In this document: positions 1 to 8,269 of the stretch, in pieces
Position numbering within the stretch: the stretch's first letter is position 1
How the letters are laid out: the number at the start of each line of letters is the position of its first letter
Assembly: GCA_965116025.1 (NCBI GenBank)
Contig: OZ220480.1
Span: 1,504,001 to 1,568,000, forward strand
Length of the DNA: 64,000 nt
Origin: an uncultured candidatus Porisulfidus sp.
GTDB lineage: Bacteria; Pseudomonadota; Gammaproteobacteria; Poriferisulfidales; Poriferisulfidaceae
Direction: 5' to 3'
Notes under the pieces: model-generated
Seen by the model: the letters and a program-made list of their open reading frames with translations, nothing else
What the model was told of the DNA's origin: nothing
The model's database searches: none
Position numbers and translations under genes: made by a program

Positions 1-1
1 C

Positions 2-373
2 GCGGCCGGAAATGAGCGGCTGCTGGTATGCGAGCGCGGCGCGAGCTTCGGCTACAACAACCTGGTCTCCGACATGCGGGCGCTGGCGGTTCTGCGCGAG
101 ACCGGTTGCCCGGTCGTGTTCGACGCCACGCATTCGGTGCAGCTGCCGGGCGCTTCCGGCGACGCCTCTGGCGGGCAGCGGGAGTTCGTGCCGACCTTGG
201 CGCGCGCGGCGGTGGGCGTCGGCGTGGCTGGCTTGTTCCTGGAGACCCATCCCGATCCGGATACCGCCCTGAGCGATGGGCCGAACGCGTGGCCCTTGGA
301 CGGCATGGCGCTTTTGCTCGAGACCCTGCTCGAGATTGACGAGGTCGCGAAGCGAAGCCTTCTGGAGAACTGA
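2..373 (+). CDS. kdsA: KDO-8-phosphate synthase, 3' part (5' end outside window)
   Basis: Frame 2 reads ...[20 protein letters not shown]...[11 protein letters not shown]...[10 protein letters not shown]...SDGPN, typical KdsA motifs. Confidence 0.95.
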   Translation, partial: AAGNERLLVCERGASFGYNNLVSDMRALAVLRETGCPVVFDATHSVQLPGASGDASGGQREFVPTLARAAVGVGVAGLFLETHPDPDTALSDGPNAWPLDGMALLLETLLEIDEVAKRSLLEN

Positions 374-383
374 TCGACGGCGC

Positions 384-1766
384 TTACAGCAGCAGCGCGC
401 TGCCCAGGGCGAGGAAGGTCGCGAAGCCCACCACGTCGGTCACGGTCGTCAGGATCACGCCGCCGGCCAGCGCGGGGTCGACGCGCAAGCGGCGCAGGGC
501 GGGGGGCAGCAGCACGCCGGCCAAGGCGGCGCAGACCATGTTGACGATCAGCGCGAGCGCGATGACCACGCCGATCATCCAGGTCTCGAACCACAGTCCG
601 GCGACCAGCGCGACCACGCCGCACCAGATGAAGCTGTTGAGCAGGCCGACGCCGAGCTCCTTCGCCAGCAAGGCGCGGATGTTCTGGGAGCTGACTTGGC
701 CGAGCGCCATGCCGCGGATGACCAGAATCAGGGTCTGGCTACCGGCGATGCCGCCCATGCTGGCGACGATAGGCATCAGCACGGCCAGCGCCACCACGCG
801 TTGCAGGGCGTCTTGGAACAGCCCGATGGCGGCGGCGGCGATGAAGGCGGTGATCAGGTTGACGCCGAGCCAGACCGCGCGCCGGCGCGAGGCGGAAAGC
901 GCCGAGTCGAACAGATCCTCGTCCTCGCCTAGCCCGACGTGACGATGCAGCGCTTCCACGCCTTCGTCGCGGATCACGTCCACCACGTCGTCCACCGTGA
1001 TTCGCCCGAGCAGCAGGTTGTTCTCGTCGACCACGGCCGCCGACACCAGGTCGCGATCCTCAAAGATGGCCGCCACCGTGCGGTCGGGCATATCCGCCGG
1101 GATCGGCGGTGGCTCGGGCTCCATTACCTCGCCGACCAAGGTGTTCGGATCATGCAGCAGCAGCGCGGAGATGGGCAGCACGCCAAGGTAGCGCTCGAAG
1201 CGGTCGACCACCATCAGCACGTCGGTATGGCTCGGAATGCTGTCGTGCCGGCGTAGGTAGCGCAGCACCACCTCCAGCGAGACGTCCGCGCGCACCGTGA
1301 TCACGCTGGTGTCCATCAGGCCGCCAGCGGTATCCTCGTCGTAGGTCAGCACCGCCTCCAGACGGGAGCGATACTGCTGGCCCATGTCGTTGAGGACTTG
1401 CGCGCTGACGGCTTCGGGGAGGTCGACCAGCAGATCCGCGAGGTCGTCGATGTCGAGTCCCTCGGTCGCCCCGACCAGGGCGTCCTCGTCCATCTCGCCG
1501 ATCAGGGAGGCGCGGACCTCGTCGCCGACCTCAAGCAACACCTCGCCGTCGTGCTCGCGGTCCAGCATGCCCCAGACGATGAAGCGCTGGGCGCGCGGCA
1601 GGGATTCCAGCAGCTGCGCGACCTCCGCCGGGTGCAACGCCCGCAACATCTGGCGGACCGCTTGCATGGTGCCGGAGTTCAGAGCCTCGGCCAACTCCGC
1701 GACATGCGCGCTCGGCGTTTGCGCGGGCGTTCGCGAGAGCGGCGGGGCGGGAGTGGACGCGGCCAT
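384..1766 (-). CDS. mgtE: Magnesium transporter MgtE
   Basis: N-domain, CBS pair (YDEDTAGGLM, LLGRITVDDVVDV), TM region with MPIVASMGGIAGSQT and DPALAGGVILTTVTDVVG. Confidence 0.95.
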   Translation of the reverse strand: MAASTPAPPLSRTPAQTPSAHVAELAEALNSGTMQAVRQMLRALHPAEVAQLLESLPRAQRFIVWGMLDREHDGEVLLEVGDEVRASLIGEMDEDALVGATEGLDIDDLADLLVDLPEAVSAQVLNDMGQQYRSRLEAVLTYDEDTAGGLMDTSVITVRADVSLEVVLRYLRRHDSIPSHTDVLMVVDRFERYLGVLPISALLLHDPNTLVGEVMEPEPPPIPADMPDRTVAAIFEDRDLVSAAVVDENNLLLGRITVDDVVDVIRDEGVEALHRHVGLGEDEDLFDSALSASRRRAVWLGVNLITAFIAAAAIGLFQDALQRVVALAVLMPIVASMGGIAGSQTLILVIRGMALGQVSSQNIRALLAKELGVGLLNSFIWCGVVALVAGLWFETWMIGVVIALALIVNMVCAALAGVLLPPALRRLRVDPALAGGVILTTVTDVVGFATFLALGSALLL

Positions 1767-1819
1767 GAGCGGAGTTCAGGGCTTCGGGAAGTCCTGGCGG
1801 CGCAGGATGGGCCGGAAGG

Positions 1820-3565
1820 TCAGGCCTGGGCCAGCGCTTCGACCATGTCGTGGATTCGCTCCGGGTGCGCGCAGTCCAGGATTTTCCGGCACTGGCATCG
1901 CAGATCCTTGTACGAGACGTGGTTGATGATGTGCTTGATTTCCAGAAGGGATCCCGGGTGGGTGCTGAACTCGCGCAGGCCGAGGCCCACCAGCAGGCGG
2001 GTCAGGCGCGGATTGCTGGCCATCTCGCCGCACATGCCGACCGGCTTTCCGGCTCGCTCTCCGGCCTGGATCGTGTGGTGGATCAGAAACAGCACGGCCG
2101 GGTGGAGCGGGTCGAACAGGTAGTGCACCTGGTCGTCCACGCGGTCGATAGCCAACGTGTACTGGATCAGGTCGTTTGTGCCGATCGACAGAAAATCGAG
2201 ATGGCGCGCGAAGACGCCGGCCGAGATCGCGGCGGCCGGCACCTCGATCATTCCACCGACCTTGATCTCGGGATCGTACGGCACGTCCTCTTGGGCCAGC
2301 CGTTTTTGGCAGTCGCGGATCAGCGCGAGGCTTTGCGTCAACTCGGAGTTATTGGTGAGCATTGGCAGCATGATCTGCACGGGCCCGTGCGCGGAGGCGC
2401 GGAGAATCGCGCGCAGTTGCGCCATGAACATCGGCTTGTTCTGCAGGGAGCGCCGGATGGCGCGCAGGCCCAGCGCCGGATTCGGGGCGATCGCGCCCTC
2501 GTAGTCCGGGTCGAACTCCTTGTCGGCGCCCAGGTCCAGGGTGCGGATGGTCAAGGGCTTGCCGTCCAGCGCCATCACCAAGTCTCGATACACTTCGTAC
2601 TGCTCGTCGGCGCTGGCGCCTTCGGGGCGGTCCAGGTAGAAGAACTCGGTACGATACAGTCCGACCCCTTCCGCTCGCACCTCATGGACGTTGGGGATCT
2701 CGTCGAGCAGGTCGATGTTGCATTTCAGCGTGACCGTCTGCCGGTCGCGCGTGACCGCCGGCTTGTCGCGCAGCGTCATCAGGCGCTCCTTGCGCTCCTG
2801 CTCCATGCGCTGGTACTCTCGATACTGGTCGATCAGCCAGCTCGCGTTGTCGGCGCACAGGATGGTTCCGCCATGCCCGTCGATCAGCACCAGCTCGCCG
2901 TCCGCGAGCAGCGTGCCGGCGTCGTGCAGCCCGACCACCGCCGGGATCTGCAGACTGCGCGCCAGGATCGCCGTGTGCGACATGGAACTGCCGAACTGCG
3001 TGACGAAGGCGGCGACGTTCTGGTGCTGGATCAGCACGGTGTCGGCCGGCGTGAGGTCGTCGGCGACCACGACGCGGCCAGTCAGGTCGCGGCGCTCCGG
3101 GACTCCGGCCTCCGAGCCCGCCTCGCTCGCGGCCAGATTCTCCTGCACCTTGCGAATGACATGCTGCACGTCGTTCTGGCGCGTGCGCAGATAGGCGTCC
3201 TCCATGCTCTCGAACACGGCGACCAGTTGCTCCAGGGTGTTCTCTAGCGCCCATTCCGCGTTGCATCTCTCGTCGCGGATGGTGTCCGCGGGCATATCGA
3301 CCAGCATGCTGTCGTCCAGCATCAGCAAGTGGGCGTCCAGGAAGCTCGTGACCTCTTGGCGCATTTTCTCCGGCACCATGTCGCGCACCTCGCGCAACTG
3401 CGCGCGGGACTTCTCCAACGCGCGGTTCAGGCGCTCGACCTCAGGCTCGATCTCGTCCGGCTCCAGCGCGCGCTTGGCGATCTTGCTCTCGCCTCGCTTG
3501 AGCACATGGATCCAGCCTTGGGTGATGCCCCGGGAGACCCCGATCCCGTTGATGATCATGGGCAT
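1820..3565 (-). CDS. ptsI: PEP-protein phosphotransferase, PTS enzyme I
   Basis: SHTAILARSL (phospho-His), GVGLYRTEF, NPALGLRAIR, SIGTNDLIQY, GMCGEMA; no N-terminal GAF domain. Confidence 0.95.
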   Translation of the reverse strand: MPMIINGIGVSRGITQGWIHVLKRGESKIAKRALEPDEIEPEVERLNRALEKSRAQLREVRDMVPEKMRQEVTSFLDAHLLMLDDSMLVDMPADTIRDERCNAEWALENTLEQLVAVFESMEDAYLRTRQNDVQHVIRKVQENLAASEAGSEAGVPERRDLTGRVVVADDLTPADTVLIQHQNVAAFVTQFGSSMSHTAILARSLQIPAVVGLHDAGTLLADGELVLIDGHGGTILCADNASWLIDQYREYQRMEQERKERLMTLRDKPAVTRDRQTVTLKCNIDLLDEIPNVHEVRAEGVGLYRTEFFYLDRPEGASADEQYEVYRDLVMALDGKPLTIRTLDLGADKEFDPDYEGAIAPNPALGLRAIRRSLQNKPMFMAQLRAILRASAHGPVQIMLPMLTNNSELTQSLALIRDCQKRLAQEDVPYDPEIKVGGMIEVPAAAISAGVFARHLDFLSIGTNDLIQYTLAIDRVDDQVHYLFDPLHPAVLFLIHHTIQAGERAGKPVGMCGEMASNPRLTRLLVGLGLREFSTHPGSLLEIKHIINHVSYKDLRCQCRKILDCAHPERIHDMVEALAQA

Positions 3566-3837
3566 GGTTCGGCGCCTTCTCCAAATCCACTCTCGAACAG
3601 GCTCTCGAGGGCCCGCATCGCCTCCTCCTCGTCCGGGCCGCTGGTGAACAGCCGCACCGGCGTGCCGTGGGTGGCCGCCAGCATCATGATGCTCATGATG
3701 CTCTTGGCGTTGGCCCGTCGGCCTTCCTTCTCGATCTCCATCTGGGCTTGGTATTGGCTCGCCTCGCTGACCAGCTTGGCGGCGGCGCGCGCGTGCAGCC
3801 CGAGCTTGTTGACTACGGTGGCGTTTTTCTCGATCAT
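3556..3837 (-). CDS. ptsH: HPr/NPr phosphocarrier protein
   Basis: MIEKNATVVNKLGLHARAAAKLV...NAKSIMSIMML; His15 and Ser46 motifs; ATG overlaps upstream stop. Confidence 0.92.
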   Translation of the reverse strand: MIEKNATVVNKLGLHARAAAKLVSEASQYQAQMEIEKEGRRANAKSIMSIMMLAATHGTPVRLFTSGPDEEEAMRALESLFESGFGEGAEPCP

Positions 3838-4235
3838 TCGGACTCTCCCGCTTCGATGATGATGCCGATGCGCCCGTTGGTGGCCAGGCTCTCGGCGAGT
3901 TGGCTTCGACCGCGTTGCTGCAGATTGAAGAGTTTCACGACCATCGGCAGGTTGATGCCGGAGACGAGCGTGGTCTCTGGACTCTCGCGCATTAGCCGTT
4001 TCGCCAGATTGTATGGCGTGGCGCCGTACAGGTCCGACAGGATCAGCAAGCCGTCCTTGCAGTCCAGCGAAGCGCGGAGCCCTCGAAGGTCGTCCAGCGC
4101 CGCGTCCAGGTCGCAATCCTCGACGACTCCGTAGCAGGCCAGGTTCTCCGGCTCGCGGGCGAAGATCCGCGTCGCGACGTCCACCAGATCCTGGCCCAGC
4201 TGGTGGTGCGTCACCGTTAGCATGCCGATGCTCAC
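3834..4235 (-). CDS. PTS EIIA, mannose/fructose (ManX-like) domain
   Basis: GTG start; IGMLTVTHHQLG, LILSDLYGATPYN, VSGINLPMVVK. Confidence 0.88.
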   Translation of the reverse strand: MSIGMLTVTHHQLGQDLVDVATRIFAREPENLACYGVVEDCDLDAALDDLRGLRASLDCKDGLLILSDLYGATPYNLAKRLMRESPETTLVSGINLPMVVKLFNLQQRGRSQLAESLATNGRIGIIIEAGESE

Positions 4236-5098
4236 GCGCGCGCCTCCCGGTCCCGGTGCAGCACGGTGATTCGCAGGGAGCCGCCGTCCGCGAGCGACTC
4301 GGCCAGGCGTTCCGCCAGATAGACCGAGCGGTGCTGCCCGCCGGTGCATCCGATCGATATGTTCAGATAGTGCCGCCCGGCCTCAAGGAACAGGGGGATC
4401 CATCGGCCCAGAAATTTTCTCAGGTCTTCCAGCATCGCGTTGGCCTGTGGTTGTTTCGATAGATAGTCTCGAACCGCGGGGTCCGCGCCGTCCAGCGCGC
4501 GCAACTCGTCGACCCAGTGCGGGTTCGGCAATCCGCGCGAGTCGAACACGAAGTCCGAATCGCTTGGCACGCCGCGTCGGTAGGCGAAGGATTGTAGCAA
4601 TATCGACAGCGAGGCGCGACCGAGGTCGAGACGCTGACGGATCAGGGCGCGCAATTCATGGACGTTGGTGCGGGACGTGTCCACGCGCAGGTCGGCCAGA
4701 CTGGCGATCTCCGCGAGGCTCTCCCGCTCCCGCCGCACGGCCTCGCGCAAAGTCGGGAACCGGTCGGCCAGCGGGTGCCGGCGGCGCGTGTCGTGGTAGC
4801 GGCGAATCAGGGCGTCCTCGTCGGAATCCAGAAACAGCACGGTGACCTTGCAAGGCAGAGCGCGTAATTTCTCCAGGATGGACGGAAAGGCGGCCAGATC
4901 CTTCGGCAACGCGCGCGCGTCCATTCCGATGGCGGCCCGCTTCGGGTAGCGCGAGTCCGGGCGAGTCAGCAACGTCACGTATTCCAGCAGGAAAGCGAGG
5001 GGCATGTTATCGACGCAGTGGGCGCCGAAGTCCTCCAGCGTGTCCAGCGCGACCGACTTTCCTGAGCCGGACAGGCCGCTGACGATCACGAGCCGCAT
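4232..5098 (-). CDS. rapZ: RNase adapter RapZ (YhbJ)
   Basis: IVSGLSGSGKS Walker A, CVDNMP, RRRHPL, LPNPHW, GCTGGQHRSVY. Confidence 0.95.
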   Translation of the reverse strand: MRLVIVSGLSGSGKSVALDTLEDFGAHCVDNMPLAFLLEYVTLLTRPDSRYPKRAAIGMDARALPKDLAAFPSILEKLRALPCKVTVLFLDSDEDALIRRYHDTRRRHPLADRFPTLREAVRRERESLAEIASLADLRVDTSRTNVHELRALIRQRLDLGRASLSILLQSFAYRRGVPSDSDFVFDSRGLPNPHWVDELRALDGADPAVRDYLSKQPQANAMLEDLRKFLGRWIPLFLEAGRHYLNISIGCTGGQHRSVYLAERLAESLADGGSLRITVLHRDREARA

Positions 5099-5101
5099 GG
5101 A

Positions 5102-5554
5102 TCAGGACTTGGCGAGGGCCGTTAGCAGGGATTTGGGCTCGCGGCAGTCGCGCAGCGCCTTGAGCCGAGTGGGCGAGTCCAGGATCTCGGCCAGAGACTT
5201 GAGGTATCGCAAGTGGACGTCTTCAGCCTCGCTCGGCACCGCCAAGGCCACGAAGACATCCACCGGCGCGCCATCGATGGCGCCGAAGTCCACGCCCTTG
5301 ACGAGGGTTAGGATGGCGGCGGAGCTATCCGTCGCCCCGGGCACCCGGCAGTGCGGAATGGCGACGCCTTGGCCGAGTCCGGTGCTGCCTAGGTGTTCCC
5401 GGGCGACCAGCAGGTCCAGCAGCGCATGGGCGCGAATGCCAGCGAGTCCCGTGGCCAAGGCCTCGCTCAGTGCTTCCAGCGCGCGCTTCTTGCTATGGAT
5501 GTTCCGCCGCAACAGAAGACCGTCGGGGCGCAACAGGTCCAGAATGCCTCGCAT
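5102..5554 (-). CDS. ptsN: PTS EIIA-Ntr
   Basis: REHLGSTGLGQGVAIPHCR, DFGAIDGAPVD; position between hpf and rapZ. Confidence 0.92.
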   Translation of the reverse strand: MRGILDLLRPDGLLLRRNIHSKKRALEALSEALATGLAGIRAHALLDLLVAREHLGSTGLGQGVAIPHCRVPGATDSSAAILTLVKGVDFGAIDGAPVDVFVALAVPSEAEDVHLRYLKSLAEILDSPTRLKALRDCREPKSLLTALAKS

Positions 5555-5561
5555 GGCCGCC

Positions 5562-5882
5562 TCAGTTCAACTGATGGTGGGTGATCTGGCTCTGGTGGTG
5601 GTCCTTGAGTTTTTCTTTGTGCTTGAGGATCTGCCGGTCCAGCTTGCCGGTCAGCGTGTCGATCGCCGCGTACATGTCGGCGTGTTCGGCGCGCGCATGC
5701 AGGCGATGGCCACGGACGTGCAGGGTTGCCTCCGCGCGGTGCGTGTCGCGCTCGACCCCGAGCGTGATCTGGGTATTGATCACGTCGTCGAAGTGCCGGG
5801 TCAGGCGCTGGAACTTGGTGTGGATGTAATCGCGTAGCGGAGGAGTGATTTCAAGGTGATGGCCGGTGAGCTTCAGATTCAT
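5562..5882 (-). CDS. hpf: Ribosome hibernation promoting factor
   Basis: MNLKLTGHHLEITPPLRDYI...DMYAAIDTLTGKLDRQILKHKEK; GGAGG RBS; TATAAT on minus strand at 5910-5915. Confidence 0.93.
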   Translation of the reverse strand: MNLKLTGHHLEITPPLRDYIHTKFQRLTRHFDDVINTQITLGVERDTHRAEATLHVRGHRLHARAEHADMYAAIDTLTGKLDRQILKHKEKLKDHHQSQITHHQLN

Positions 5883-5991
5883 GACTACGCGTCCTCCCGT
5901 TTTGGAAGTATTATACAGCCAGGGCGAGTCTGGTGGGCGAGTTGGAATTCTCGAAATTTCGTGGTGGAGCGAAAGGTCGCGCGCCCTCCCA

Positions 5992-6049
5992 TTGACTTAA
6001 CCTAAATACTAGATATAATCGTCCTAAGGACGATTATATCTAGTATTTA
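5992..6049 (+). promoter_or_regulatory. Sigma70 promoter overlapped by a perfect 23-bp inverted-repeat operator (AbiEi autoregulation)
   Basis: TTGACT 5992-5997 and TATAAT 6014-6019; arms taaatactagatataatcgtcct (6003-6025) and aggacgattatatctagtattta (6027-6049), 1-bp spacer. Confidence 0.85.
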
Positions 6050-6052
6050 CAA

Positions 6053-6964
6053 ATGAAAAAGCGTGCCGCGGGATTCCATGTGAGAAAGCTGAATCGGGCG
6101 GGCGCTTGCTTGGCCGAGTTCCTAGAAGAAAGCGAGAAGCCGGTGCTGACCCGGCTCGAGTTCTTCGGAATGATTCGGCGGATGTACCGGGAATCTCCCG
6201 AGAGGGGGTTGGGTCTGCGCAGTCACGCGCCGGGCGCGCGAGATTACGTTCGATTTCGGGCGGCCCTCAAGAAGGCTGGAGTGATCGGGAACGACCGAGA
6301 TTACGGGGCGCGGGTCATCCGAGCGTTGTCCGTTCCGGACCTTCCGGCCGAAGGGATCGTCAGTCTCGTTGATCCTGACTGCTACGTCTCCCATCTGTCC
6401 GCCATGCAGTATTGGGGGTTCACGGACCGCGCTCCTAGATCTCTGTTGCTGACTTGTCCAGACCGTGGGACCGCGGCCGCCCGGATGAGGGCGCGCGCGG
6501 AGAAGTTCCTAGGGGAGAGGGTGCCCCCGTTCCCCCTGACCTTGATCGAGCACCCTGCCTTCGTTCGACGCCGCCCCATCCACGTCACTCGAAGCGGAGA
6601 GGCGGGCGCGTGCTTGAGGAATCGAAGTCATGATTATGGCTTCACGCTCGCTACGCCCGGACAGACCTTCCTCGACATGCTCCGGAAGCCTCGCCTGTGC
6701 GGAGGCATGGCGCATGTGCTCGACGTTTGGGAAGAGCATGCGGTCGTTTATCTGGAGGACATCGTCGCCGCGGTCGAGCGGACATCGTCTGGAATCGTCA
6801 AGACCCGGGCTGGCTATATCCTGGAGGAATTCCTCGGCCTGCGCGGCCCGGAGATTGAGCGCTGGAAGGAGCGCGCGCGACGTGGGGGGAGCCGCAAGCT
6901 CGACCCGGATCAAGACTACGAGCCGACCTTCTCGAGTACTTGGGAACTCTCGCTCAATGTCTGA
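6053..6964 (+). CDS. Type IV TA antitoxin / transcriptional regulator, AbiEi family
   Basis: CYVSHLSAMQYWGFTDRAP, TFLDMLRKPRLCGGMAHV, RAGYILEE, C-terminal WELSLNV; coupled to a nucleotidyltransferase gene. Confidence 0.8.
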   Translation: MKKRAAGFHVRKLNRAGACLAEFLEESEKPVLTRLEFFGMIRRMYRESPERGLGLRSHAPGARDYVRFRAALKKAGVIGNDRDYGARVIRALSVPDLPAEGIVSLVDPDCYVSHLSAMQYWGFTDRAPRSLLLTCPDRGTAAARMRARAEKFLGERVPPFPLTLIEHPAFVRRRPIHVTRSGEAGACLRNRSHDYGFTLATPGQTFLDMLRKPRLCGGMAHVLDVWEEHAVVYLEDIVAAVERTSSGIVKTRAGYILEEFLGLRGPEIERWKERARRGGSRKLDPDQDYEPTFSSTWELSLNV

Positions 6965-7547
6965 TTCCCCGATCAAGATCGATGTGGCGAGGTGGGTGGA
7001 GCGAGCTCGGGCCGATCCCGCCATCTATCGACGGCGCAAGGGGGTGCAGATTATCCTCAACGCCCTCGCTTCCAAGGCTCCTCTCAACAAGAAAATGTTT
7101 CTCAAGGGCGGCATGCTCATGGGGCTGGCCTATGACAGTCCCAGGCAGACGGTGGATATCGACTTGACGACGATTCTGGAGGCGAGAGACGGCGCTGACG
7201 AATGGATCCGCGATCTATTGAATCAGGAATTGCCGCGCGTCGCGAGCCAGCTGAATTACGCGGATCTCATGGTCGCCGCCCAGTCGGCCAAATGGCAACA
7301 GCGCGTGAGGCTGGAAGCCGCCGAGTTCCCTGCGCTGAGAATCCACGTCGCCTACGCGCTGCGAGGCACGAGACAGGAGAAGGCGCTCCAGAGAGGACAG
7401 GCTTCCAACATCATCAAAATCGACATCTCCTTCAACGAGCGCATGGGGCAGATCCAGATCCTGGAGTTGCCGGGCTTCGAGAGCTGCTTCGCGCGGGTGT
7501 CCGGGTTCTACGAGGGCTTGCCCTGGACGGGCTCGGCCTCCGCCTAG
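6957..7547 (+). CDS. AbiEii-family nucleotidyltransferase toxin, short (196 aa), probably internally deleted
   Basis: MFLKGGMLM...SPRQTVDIDL nucleotidyltransferase motif and IKIDISFNE; lacks the AEK...R..DxYD C-terminal motif. Confidence 0.7.
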   Translation: MSDSPIKIDVARWVERARADPAIYRRRKGVQIILNALASKAPLNKKMFLKGGMLMGLAYDSPRQTVDIDLTTILEARDGADEWIRDLLNQELPRVASQLNYADLMVAAQSAKWQQRVRLEAAEFPALRIHVAYALRGTRQEKALQRGQASNIIKIDISFNERMGQIQILELPGFESCFARVSGFYEGLPWTGSASA

Positions 7548-8269
7548 AGCTGGAAATCCTCTCCCAGATAGGTCTCGCGCACTTTCGAGTCTTTCAGGAT
7601 TTCTCCGGGCTCGCCCTTGGCGATGACGTGGCCTTCGGAGAGGATGTAGGCGCGGCGGCAGATGCTGAGCGTCTCGCGCACGTTGTGGTCGGTGATGACG
7701 ATGCCAATGCCGCGCTCGCGCAACTGCCGGATGATCGACTTGATGTCGGCCACGTGCAGGGGGTCGATGCCGGCGAACGGCTCGTCCAGCAGAAGGAAGT
7801 CCGGCTCCATCGCCAGCGCGCGGGCGATCTCGACGCGCCGGCGCTCGCCGCCCGACAGGGAGAACCCGCGGCTGCCGCGAATCCCGGCGATGGAGAGATC
7901 TTCCAGGAGCGATTCCAGGCGTTCCCGTCGTTCCGCTTTCGACAGGGACAGCTGTTCCAGCGCGCCCAGGACGTTGTCCTCAACCGTCAGGCGACGGAAT
8001 ACCGAGGGTTCTTGGGGCAGGTAGCCGATGCCCGCGCGGGAGCGCTGGCTCATGGTGAGGTCGCTGACGTCTTGACCGTTCAGCAGGATCTGGCCACGGT
8101 CATGGGGAATCAGCCCGGTGATCATGTAGAAGCAGGTCGTCTTGCCCGCGCCGTTCGGGCCGAGCAGCCCGACCACCTCGTGGTCTTCCGCGCGCAACGC
8201 GACCTCCGAGAGGACCTGCCGGTCGCGATAGGCCTTGCAAAGCCCCAAGGCCTCGAGCCTGGCCATCAC
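7544..8269 (-). CDS. lptB: LPS export ABC transporter ATPase LptB
   Basis: GLLGPNGAGKTTCFYMI, GYLPQEPSVFR, LSGGERRRVEIARAL, LLDEPFAGIDP, ITDHNVRETL, YLGEDF. Confidence 0.96.
   Translation of the reverse strand: MMARLEALGLCKAYRDRQVLSEVALRAEDHEVVGLLGPNGAGKTTCFYMITGLIPHDRGQILLNGQDVSDLTMSQRSRAGIGYLPQEPSVFRRLTVEDNVLGALEQLSLSKAERRERLESLLEDLSIAGIRGSRGFSLSGGERRRVEIARALAMEPDFLLLDEPFAGIDPLHVADIKSIIRQLRERGIGIVITDHNVRETLSICRRAYILSEGHVIAKGEPGEILKDSKVRETYLGEDFQL

Noticed and set aside
1850-3247. Long antisense or alternate-frame ORFs (also 11886-13397, 37369-38589, 48721-50175, 61124-62638)
   Set aside because: Shadow ORFs of well-supported genes in high-GC DNA, with no recognisable motifs.
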